A stretch of DNA of 64,000 nt. It comes from Histomonas meleagridis 2922-C6/04-290x (lineage: Eukaryota > Protista > Parabasalia). Both the position numbers and the translations under genes were made by a program. The DNA lies in assembly GCA_020184695.1 (NCBI GenBank), contig JAANOX010000037.1:124001-188000 (forward strand), read 5' to 3'. Numbering within the stretch: the stretch's first letter is position 1; every line of letters starts with the position of its first letter. The notes below the pieces were generated by a model, which worked only from the letters and a program-made list of their open reading frames with translations, was not told where the DNA came from and searched no databases. This document shows, piece after piece, positions 23,201 through 34,100 of this stretch.

Positions 23201-23674
23201 ATCTTCATAATTATTTGAGATTTCTTTCATGAATCTTTCTCTGTTTAATATATGAATTTCTTCTTTTGACAAATAATGTATAAAGTATGAACTTTTAATA
23301 TTTTGATCAATTTTCCTTTCAGTTATTTCATTTTCATACATCTTTTCAAGAAGATAATTCGTTTCTTGAAAATTATTTGCACATAAAAAATTTATGAAAA
23401 TATTAATCATTTTATATTTCGTTTCTTGTTCTATTTTTTGTAAATATTTAAAACATAATATTTCGTCACCTTTTTTGATAAAATATGCATATACTATCCT
23501 ACAAATAATAAAATGGGATGAATATGGGTATTCTTCTGAAAAATAAAGTAATGAATTTTCGACTATTTGATCAATATTATCTTCATTTAAGTCAAAAATA
23601 ATTTTTTCAAGTTCTTGTAGTATGTGAAGATTTTCATTATATTTGGATGATGTAAGACTTTGATTACCACCCAT
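20202..23674 (-). CDS. DUF3447-like + ankyrin-repeat protein B, interrupted by 53 17-nt elements
   Basis: ORF 22496-23674 (MGGNQS... possible N-myristoylation). Continues after removal of 17-mers as IDLRND-KDKH-TALIMASLNG... through 14 loops to TGA at 20202-20204; decayed repeat remnants continue to ~20090. Confidence 0.85.
20271..22513 (-). repeat. Ankyrin array 2: 14 junctions of [17-nt element + codon] modules
   Basis: Decoded loop codons: KDKH, KFRQ, DRGN, YTNGE, KYGR, DYEQ, NNGQ, NDGW, KFEE, KGY, DSGE, KDEE, KARN, NNGE. Confidence 0.95.
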
Positions 23675-24309
23675 TAAGAAAAAAATATTTGAAGTGATGT
23701 GAGTTAACGTTCATTATATATCGAGTTTTTCTGCTGTTTATTAAAAGTGGCATCTCTGAAGACAAGCACTCAATTTGGAATTTGGAAAGCCTTTGATACC
23801 GAAGTTAATGCTTTACCATCTCTTGATCATCCGAATATCTCAAAAAAGAAAAAAATTGTCTAAAAGATTTAACCAACTTAATAAAAAAATAAGAATTTAA
23901 GAATTTCATTTATGTTTATATATGCTTTCTGTATTTTTTTTTAAGCAAAAAAATAAGGAGCAATACTTACGTTAAAGAAATTATTTAAATTTAACACATA
24001 TAGATATAATCTTGTAAAATATAAAATATCCATTAATAATATTCTTTGCTGTTTTAGACAACAATTTTAATTAAAATTGAAGGCCGGCCTTTCTTCTGAA
24101 ATTTATATTTTTGAATGAGTTAAACCGCCTTCCAACGGGATAAGTAAATTTTTATTTTCTCTGTCCAACTTCATAAAATGTTCAAAACAAAATATAATTA
24201 AAAATACGATAGGTAATATTTCATAAATTCTTGGGAAAAGCGCTTCCAAAATGACGCATTCACAAAATATTTGGATTTCATTATGATTTGACACTTTTCA
24301 GAACACAAA

Positions 24310-25215
24310 ATGAAGTCAATAGATCAAGAACTTGTTACTCTTGATAATGATAATACTCTATCACCAAGTATACACGAAGACAAAAAATGTTGTTGCTTTA
24401 ACATAGCTTATTTTCCAATTGCTAAAATATATGTATGCAATCATTGGATTGTGAAACCTATTCGACCATTAATTATTATTGTTTTATTTCTTTACCTTCT
24501 GTTCACTGGCTGCTATGACTCAATCGTGTATATTCCTAACAAAACAATTTCTTACATATTTTTGGTAATTTTTATTCTTATTGCATTAGCGCTTGCTTTT
24601 GCTTATTTTTCAACCATCATTGCTAGTCCAGGATATCTTCCTTATGATTATGCTCATTATTCTGATCTACAAAATCTCACATGGGAAAACCTAATGGATT
24701 CAATTGTAACATATCAAGAACAATTAGACTATGCACGACAAAGCAAGCGACCACCCAGATCATCCTTCTCAGTGTTAGCACGTCGTTTTGTTTTACGAGC
24801 TGACCATTATTGTTATTGGACAGAGTCGTGGATCGGCATCAAGAACCAAAGGTATTTCATGTTGACACTTTCGTGGGCCGATTTATTTGTTCTTGCTTGG
24901 TTTTTAGTCCATATCTGGTGGTTCAGAAATGAATGTGTCAATTACCAATATCTTCATTTATACATATATTTGGGTATTGTAATTGGATTTATCGCGTTCT
25001 GTTCTGCTACATACTATCTTTTACGAGCTGTTTCACATGTGAAACATAATCTCACATCCATCGAAATCTGGAAAAAATCTGCAAAAGCAACGGATTACGA
25101 TAAGGGATGCTTCAACAACTTCGCTGAAGTGTGTGGGGAGAAGAAATATTGTCCTCTTTGGTTTTGTCCTTGTGTACCACTTGAACCAGTCGAGAACGGA
25201 TTATATGAACCTTAG
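24310..25215 (+). CDS. DHHC-family palmitoyltransferase (DHYC variant)
   Basis: Four TM segments, SPGYLP, RPPRSSFS..RRFVLRADHYCYWTESWIGIKNQRYF, NLTSIE, YDKGCFNNFAEVCG. Confidence 0.88.
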   Translation: MKSIDQELVTLDNDNTLSPSIHEDKKCCCFNIAYFPIAKIYVCNHWIVKPIRPLIIIVLFLYLLFTGCYDSIVYIPNKTISYIFLVIFILIALALAFAYFSTIIASPGYLPYDYAHYSDLQNLTWENLMDSIVTYQEQLDYARQSKRPPRSSFSVLARRFVLRADHYCYWTESWIGIKNQRYFMLTLSWADLFVLAWFLVHIWWFRNECVNYQYLHLYIYLGIVIGFIAFCSATYYLLRAVSHVKHNLTSIEIWKKSAKATDYDKGCFNNFAEVCGEKKYCPLWFCPCVPLEPVENGLYEP

Positions 25216-25759
25216 ATATTTCATAATATTAATTAAAGAAGAAAAATCTGTACTAAATCCTATTTCAATTTCTAGATTATTTTGAATGAGTATTCATATC
25301 TTTATCTAACTGTTTAGTTTTTCGCTTTATATTTTAGATGAAAGAGTTGACTATTAAAATATATTATGTATTGTAAGTGGAAAAGGTACTCCACTTTCCT
25401 GTAACGATCATATTATATTGAAAAAGTGGAAATGTCAAAATATTTAAAATGATGATGAACAAAGGAAGCGAAAATATCGATTAATAATATTTGATGCTTA
25501 TTCAACAAATGCAGCAGCAATTCCTCCTCAAGGCAGTTCCCAAAATACGAAAAATATGATTTTCTGTCAAAATATTTTCTTACAAATTTCGAAATTTTTT
25601 TTTCAAATTTAATGCTTATTCAACAAATGCTGCTGCTTTGAAAAAAGCTCTTGATTTGGTTACTGCAGAAACAAATCATGTACTTCAAACCATAGTCACT
25701 GGGGTAAATTCGTTGGTAATGCATTTGTCTCTGTACTTGATCAAAATTATTTTTAATTA

Positions 25760-26040
25760 TTGTTTGTTATGTTTTTGATAAATACTTTTCAAACATTTGA
25801 TTATTACACAAATACACTTACAATAATATATGAAAGTGAATTTGATCAAAATATTACAGAACATATTATTATTGAAAAAGGAATATTTTATATACCAGAT
25901 TATTCATTTTCTCAAAGGAAGAGAAATATTTCAGTTAATATCAGTAATTCAGTATATTATATTGGAAATTATGCATTTTCTTATTATTCTTCACAGCAAA
26001 GGTTTTGCTCAGCGGATAATATACTTTTACAAATATAATA
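25760..26040 (+). pseudogene. BspA-like LRR protein fragment
   Basis: HIIIEKGIFYIPDYSFS...NISNSVYYIGNYAFS; same N-terminus type as 50518 (MFLINTFQTF vs MFFIHTFQSF); truncated. Confidence 0.65.
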
Positions 26041-26439
26041 TTTGAATTATAATTTTTTTGATTTCTATCAAAGAATTTTCAAGAAATTTTTATTTTAATT
26101 TTAAAACATCATTAGTGAAAAATAAACCGCAAAAACTGATAATGTGATATGACCGGACAACAATCATTTCGCTTTTCTAATGAAAATTTTCATTGACGGT
26201 TTTCTTCAATTTTGAATTGTAAACTATTGATTTCTCTTGAACTTTAAAAGTTTTTTGTTAGACATTTTCGTTGCAACATTTTAATTTGATACATTAAAAT
26301 ATCGTTAGATCATACCTATCAGATGGATTATAAATACTTGAATTTTTTGTTCAAAATCAAATGAGAAGATGAAAATAAACAAATTTTCTATTTTTCATTA
26401 TTTCATATAAATCATTCAACAAATATTTAAGGTTGAATT

Positions 26440-26700
26440 GAAGAAATCATTTATTTGTGTGAGCAAAATCATCATTTGAAGATGTGTATAAAAAGGCAAT
26501 TGAATTCCATCGAAATGATGTCTTTAAATGGATTTATGAAGAAAAAAAAAATCAAAGCGATTATTATAAAAATGAACTTTGTTATGTTGTTGCCAACACT
26601 TCTTTTGTTGGCGTTTTTCTTTATATTGTTTTCTGCGCACAATTGGTCTTAGGAGTGATTTTAATTATTAGCAATTTATGCTTCATTTCCATTTCTTAAT
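26440..26700 (+). pseudogene. DUF3447-family fragment
   Basis: EIIYLCEQNH then frameshifted YKKAIEFHRNDVFKWIYE. Confidence 0.65.
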
Positions 26701-26735
26701 AAAAATGAAGATTTGATGTTTATATAAAAAGTTTT

Positions 26736-29424
26736 TTAATTAGAATTTTCGTTAGTACTTTTTTCACGAAGTAAATTTACTATTTCTGTGTATCCTTTTT
26801 GTTGTGCAATTTGAAGTGCTTCCAAATATTATTAAAACATATTTCAATTTATTAAAACTTATCCAAAATTATTCAAATGAATAGTTTTTGCATTAACATC
26901 AATTCCTTTATCTAAAAGTAATTTTACTATTTCTATATTATTATTTCTAACTGCTATATGAAGTGCTGTTTCAAATTATTAAAACATATATAAAATTATT
27001 AAAACATATTCCAAATTATTCAAATGAATAGTTTTTGCATTAATATCAATTCCTTCTTTATCTAAAAGTAATTTTATTATTTCTATATTATTATTTCTAA
27101 CTGCTATATGAAGTGCTGTTTCAAATTATTAAAACATATTCCAAATTATTAAAACATATCCAAAATTATTAAAACATATTATAAATTATTAAAACATATA
27201 CCGAATTATTAAAACATATTTCAAATTATTCAAATGAATAGTTTTTGCATTAACATCAATTCCTTTATCTAAAAGTAATTTTACTATTTCTATATTATTA
27301 TTTTTAACCGCTATATGAAGCGCTGTTTCAAATTATTAAAACATATTCCAAATTATTCAAATGAATATTTTTTGCATTAACATCAATTCCTTTATCTAAA
27401 AGTAATTTTACTATTTCTATATTATTATTTCTAACTGCTATATGAAGTGCTGTTTCAAATTATTAAAACATATATAAAATTATTAAAACATATTCCAAAT
27501 TATTCAAATGAATAGTTTTTGCATTAACATCAATTCCTTCTTTATCTAAAAGTAATTTTACTATTTCTATATTATTATTTTTAACTGCTATACGAAGTGC
27601 TGTTGCAAATTATTAAAACATATTTCAAATTATTAAAACATATATAAAATTATTAAAACATACCCTAAATTATTCAAATGAATAGTTTTTGCATTAACAT
27701 CAATTCCTTTATCTAAAAGTAATTTTACTATTTCTATATTATTATTTTTAACTGCTATATGAAGTGATGTTTCAAATTATTAAAACATATTCCAAATTAA
27801 TAAAACATATCCAAAATTATTAAAACATATATAAAATTATTCAAATGAATAATTTTTGCATTAACATCAATTCCTTCTTTATCTAAAAGTAATTTTACTA
27901 TTTCTATATTATTATTTCTAACTGCTATATGAAGTGCTGTTTCAAATTATTAAAACATATTCTAAATTATTAAAACATATTTCAAATTACTCAAATGAAT
28001 AGTTTTTGCATTAACATTAATTCCTTCTTTATCTAAAAGTAGTTTTACTATTTCTATATAATTACTTCTAACTGCAATATGAAGTGCTGTTTCAAATTAT
28101 TAAAACATATTAAAAATTATTAAAACATATTCTAAATTATTAAAACATATATAAAATTATTCAAATGAACACTAATTGCATTAACATCAATTCCTTTTTG
28201 TTCTAAAACATATTTCACAAGTTCAACATTTCCTGATTCTGAAGCAAAAACTAAAATATTTTTTGGAATTTGATTATTTTGAAGGAAATATTTCAAGAGA
28301 TATAAATTTCCATTTCTTGCTGATTCATTTATATTATAAGCATTAACATTAATTCCTTTTTTTTCAAAAAATGCTAAAATTTCATAATTATCTTTTTTAA
28401 TACAAAAACTTATCAAATCATTAGTTTTATCTTCAGACATTTTCGGTATTGATTGTATTTTTTCTAATTTATTTTCATAAATGTATTTAAAGATATCATT
28501 TTGATGATATTCAATTGCTGCTTCATATGCACCTTCAAATGATGAATGATTCTGTTCACACAAATGAATGATTTCTTCATTTCCACCTGCAACTGCATAT
28601 TTACCTGTGTTTTCTATATTTGCTCCATTCATAAGTAAATATTTAAAACATTTAATTGAAGAAAAAAATGCTGCATAATCAATTAATGTAACATTCTTTT
28701 GATTAATGAATGAATATCTTACATATATTGATGGTTCAATTGTTTGATTAAAATTAAAATTTGTTTGTGATGATATTTCTTGAAGTTTTCCTATTTCATC
28801 ATTTCGAATCATTTTAGCAATTTTATTTGGATTATTTCCTTCTTTAATTAATTCTTTGTGAAGTTTAAAATCATTCTTTGATAATTCTTCATAATTATCC
28901 AAAAAGTATTTTTCTATTGGATCATTTTCATTCGATATAAATTGCATACTGGTTTGGTTTTGGTTTTCTTTTTCTGTTTTATAATGTGCAAAATATTTTG
29001 AATGAATATTTTTAGTGATGTTTTTATCAATTAAATTTTGTTCAATTAGTTTCTCGATTAAGTAATATGATTCTTGTGTGTTCATTTGAGATATACGTTT
29101 GATAAAAATTGAAATTAGTTTAACGTTATTTTGATTAATTTCTTCTTCTTTCATTTCAAGTGTTTTTAAAAAATTTATGTAAATCTCAAATGCATGCTTT
29201 CGTGATGAAAATGCATTATAAATTATGATACTTATAATAGTGTTAAATGTGTAAGGAAAATTTGAGTCAAATAATTCCAATGCTTTTTTAGCTGACACCT
29301 GAGAGTTTTCTTCACTCAAACTGAATATAGTTTTCTCAAGCTCAATTAAGGATTTCAGGCATGTTGACAAATTATTCAATTTTTTCTCTCCTGTGTTTGG
29401 GGTGGTGGTACCAACATTAGGCAT
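26736..29424 (-). CDS. DUF3447-like + ankyrin-repeat protein C, interrupted by 32 near-identical 17-nt elements
   Basis: ATG at 29424 (MPNVG...). After removing 17-mers: IDVNAIS-YRLE-TALHIAVRSNYIEIVKLLLDKEG... through 9 loops to ALQIAQQKGYTEIVNLLREKSTNENSN-TAA (26736). Confidence 0.85.
26823..28170 (-). repeat. Ankyrin array 3: homogenised 17-mer ATATGTTTTAATAATTT (first copy ATTCATTTGAATAATTT) with single-codon spacers, 2-6 per junction
   Basis: Decoded spacers: YRLE, ERE, YWGE, RYEA, GYE, GE, EGIWGE, GYE, WEL. Confidence 0.96.
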
Positions 29425-30487
29425 GTGATTTGTAATATAAAACGAAACAAACACACTGCAACTTTCAATGTTGGCACTTTCCGACCGTTATTATAATAAA
29501 CGGTCTCTATACACTTAAATCTCCAACAGACAATGTGAAGTGACTTAACGTTCTAAGATTTTAAAACGAATTTATCTATTTAACAAATGTGTTATTCGAG
29601 TTTATATAGAAAATATACTCACAAAATGTTAATATAAAAGAAACAAAATGGTGTATAAAGAAAATGATTTCTTATGAGAGATCGAAATTTTAATAAAATA
29701 TTTTTTATGAAATTTTTACGAATTACATGCATAATGAATATGTATAAATATAATATTGTTATTATTATATTAAAATTAAATATCAATAGAGAGATTATAT
29801 AATTCACTGTGAAAAAAATAATTTTATTAATGATTACATTTTCATTAAATGAGGCATTTCAAGATTTCCCTCTGAACGATTTTTTTTTATTCCAGGATAT
29901 TTGCATTTTTACGAACTGATTTAGTAGTATACAGATTTTTAAGAGATTTCTGGCCTCTGGTTTTGAGAAAAACAGGTCTGATTTCTGAAGTGTTGAGTTT
30001 TTGTATAACATATAAAATGAAATATTATATATGATCAATTATCTTATTATCTTTAAAGATATTTAAATATTTAAATATTTTATATCATTTTTTATGGAAA
30101 GGAATCACAAATTTAATGCATTAAATTAAATATATGGAAATAATAATGAGATGATCCAGTAATTGTTGATATCCTTGAAAAGATGTTAGAGCATCCTTTC
30201 TTATAGCAGCTTCATGATCTTTTTTAATAAAGAAATGATTCAAAGTGAAAATTTGTTATAGTAAATTTTAAACTTTGTTTGAATTATAATTTTGCGTTAT
30301 CAATATAATAAATGAATAGAATACACAATAAAAATTATATCCATATCTAATATGCTATCATTGATATTATGCAGTTACATAACAAATTCCCTGAAATGTT
30401 AAATACAACAAATCTAATGATAAAAATACCATTCAACTTGTAAATTTAAGTTTTACCGATTTTTTTTCTTAATTAACAAGTAAATGT

Positions 30488-31015
30488 TTATATGCTTAAT
30501 ATCATTAATGAATTTTTCTTCTTTAAAATTACTCGCAAATGGATCTTCATCAATATTATTCGTTGATGTTCCCATTGTAAATGTATTTTCTTTTTCATAT
30601 TGGTTTTCATCAAAACTTTTGCTTCTTGTTTTTTACTTATTTGTTCTCTATTATGAATTCGAATCAAAACTATGATAAGTATTGGAATTAATACCATTAC
30701 GACAACTGCAACACAAACACTTATAATTATTATTGTGTTTTTATTATCACCATTGATATTTTTATTTTGATATATAATTGTAAAGAAATCACTATAATAT
30801 ATGTAATAAGTCGAATATACAACAACAGTATATTCGTAATAAATAAATACACTCAAAACATAAATTAATACAGAATTAAAAACAGAAACAGAAGATGAAT
30901 TCGAAACAACAAATGAAATTTCATATGACTTCGTAAATGCATTAGATTTAGTATATGCATTTGATTTCGTTAATGAATGAAATAGTTTCAATGAGTTATT
31001 ACTTGAAAATAACAT
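30488..31015 (-). pseudogene. C-terminal remnant of BspA/surface-type single-TM protein
   Basis: TKSNAFT repeats, Y-rich stalk, TM (IIIISVCVAVVVMVLIPILIIVLI); a frameshifted tail encodes NIDEDPFASNFKEE, similar to EEDPFAPDFKED at 52400. Confidence 0.6.
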
Positions 31016-31113
31016 TTAATTAAACAAATTACTTTGTACAAATTCATATTTAATATTTAAATATTTAAACCAGAAGTAAAAAATTATATAATTTTTATTT
31101 CATACAAAAATTT

Positions 31114-34100
31114 TTATGTTTTAATTGGAGTTGCGACAATTCCATTTTTAAGAATTTTCGGTAACTTTTGCTCATGTGCGTTAGCTCTTAAAGTTGCCTC
31201 TTCGAATGTTGGCGTAAGTTTTTTCTCGTTTTTCTTCAAATTTTTATTATAATGTATAATTTGTTTTTGATTTTCTTTTTTTTCATTATTTTTCTCTTCA
31301 GATATTATTTCCAATGGATTTTTTTGTTGTTCTTTTTCATTATTTTCAGTTTCATTTATTACCAAATTTAGTGCTTTTAACGATGCAAAAGATTTTTCTT
31401 TTTCTTGATTCAACAAATCCATTTTTCTTTCTTCCCATTTTGCCATAGACAACATATGTCTCAAAGTCATTTGTTTCATTTTATTATTATTAATATTTCC
31501 GATCATTTCCAAATCAGAAATTAAATTTTTTGTATTTGCTGAAGATAAACCCTTTTCTTTATTTTTGTCCTCTTTTGGATCTTTTGATTTATCTATTAAA
31601 TTTTTTAAGTTTTCATTCTCTTTAGCTAAAAAAGTAATCATTTCAGCCGCCGATTGAATTTTCTTGTTCGATAGCTCAGAAATCAGTGTAAACCTTTGAA
31701 TTTCGCGTTCCATTTTTTGAATTTTAACGTTTTGTTTAAATAAAATTTGTTGTTGTTCATTATATGAATTATTTATATCGATTAATTGTGTAGACTTAAT
31801 ATCAAGTAATCTTTCTAATGACAAAATTCTATTTTTTAAGTTCTGGATATTGGAAAATGGTTTAATTTCGGAAGTGTTTTGTATTGGAAATGAAATTTTC
31901 CTTTTTATTGTGTTGTTATTTAAAGGTTTTAATGAAGTTTTCGGATTAATTTTCGAAACTTTTACTATTTTTTCGATTGGTGCACTTAATGTTAATATAT
32001 TTTTAGGTTTAGGGTTCGAATTTATAAAAAAAATGATAAAAGGTTCAATTAACTCGAACTCAAATTCGGAATTTTTTTGTATTAAAATTAATTCGTTATG
32101 AAGTTTTTCTATTTCCAAATTTGATTTTTCGAGTTTATTTTTTAATTCGTTTTGCATATCATTATTTTTAAATAATGTTTCATTCAGTTTATCGATTTCT
32201 TTATGAAGTTCATTATTTTCTATTGTGAATTGATTTAATTCATATTGTAATGAATTTATTCGCGTTTGATTAAATGACATTAAATCGGATTTTATTTGAT
32301 TATTAATATCATTCGCCGAATTGTTTTGGAGCTTATTAAGCTTCGAATAAAGTTCTTCTCGTTCCATTATTAAAGATGTAATATAAGCAGATTGCTCTTG
32401 CATCTTCGCGATAAGTGTTTCCGCATGTATTTCATCGCCGTTAATTAAACTCATTGCAGTTAAATAGTTTTTAATGAGAATTTCGACAATTTCTTTGTGC
32501 CGATGAAATAAATCATTAAAATTGTTTTCGATTTGCGAATATTTGTTTTTGATTTCATTTAGATTTGTTTTTAATGAAATTATTTCATTGCAATTTATTA
32601 TTTCGTTGTTATTAACATTGAAATTTAAATTTTCATTAAAACTATCGCTATAAGTTTCGCTATTATTATTATCAATGCTTATGTTTTCATTATCTTTGTT
32701 ATTTAGTTTAATATTTATGTTTTCGTTATCATTATTATTAATTGTTTCATTGTTTATTATTTCGTTATCTGTTGGCTCAATGTTTATGTTTTCGTTATTG
32801 TTTATTAATGTAAAATTATTTGTTTTTAAAGATATTTCAAAGTTTATAGTTGGTGAAATCATAAGATCATTTGTTTTGTTATCAAAGATATGTCCGCTAA
32901 GTAAATTCGAAAAAGGCGAAGGTGAATCATCAAGTGAATGGAATGAGAAATTCCTTAAATTCTTAGTCAATGCAATTCCAGTGTTTTCTTTTATTTTTTT
33001 CGGTTGATATTCTTCGAAAGTATCTTCGTTATTACTATTATTATTATTATCATTTTCTTCTTTTATTTCTTCGTTTATACTATTCGCAGCATTTAAATCT
33101 TCTTGTGAAAACTCTTCCCATGAATAAACTTTTTTCGGCGGATGAAGAAAACGTTGATCAAATGAAACGTGATGACCAATCTGCGCTTTATATTTTGTCT
33201 TAAGCAAATTCTTTTCTTCTTTTAACTTTTTGATTTCGTTTAATAATGTTTCGATTTGTAATATATGTGAATCAAAGAGATCAGGCGATTGTTCATATAT
33301 AACATTTGTCGTTGTTGTTCTTTCTAAATTATTGTTTGGAATGGGAATTAATGGCGAATCAGTATATTCTTCATGAATTTGAAGATTCTTCTTCGTGGCC
33401 GTGATGATTTGATCTAAACGATTCGCATTTCGGATAAAGAGCGAAAATCTGTCGGAATTATTATGTGAATAATGAATAGAAGGCGGACTGCTTATGTCGA
33501 CTATATCATAGTTTTCCATTCTGATTTTATTTGGTGTTTTGTTTTCAGTTTCTTCTGAATGAGTTTTGTTTTTGTTATTTTCTTCTTCATTATTATAAGT
33601 AATTGTTTTTATTTCGCTGTCTTTACTTTCTTCTTCATTGTTATAAGTATTTGTTTCTATTTCGTTATCTTTACTTTCTTTTTCGTTATTATAAGTATTT
33701 GTTTCTATTTCCTTTTCATCGTTATCTTCTGTATGAGTTTCATCATCAATACTTTTAGTTTCTGTTATATTTTCATTGTTGTTGTTTATTTGTATTTCGT
33801 ATGCATTGTTATCTTCTGCTATAGTTTCATTTATGTTTTTATCATCTATTTCATTGCTTTGAACGTTTTCTTCCGAATGTGTTTCATCAGTATCATTTTG
33901 ATTAGATTTAGTTGCATTATAATACTTTCGGCTTGAACTTGGAAGTGTTGGCGGACTAAATGTTCCATTATTTTCATTTGATGCTTTTAATTTATTAATT
34001 TCTGAATTCAAATTTTTATTTATTTTTTCCAATTTTTTCTTTTCTTCAGATAATTGAACAATTTTATTCACTTGTTCATTTATTGATAATTTTAATGGTT

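Noticed and set aside
25420-25720. Possible ADF/cofilin fragment (AYSTNAAALKKALDLV) with a short internal duplication
   Set aside because: Similarity too short and disrupted to call without a database search.
26823-28170. Prokaryotic CRISPR array
   Set aside because: Repeats are 17 nt and spacers only 3 nt, embedded in a eukaryotic ankyrin gene with no cas genes; the resemblance is architectural only.
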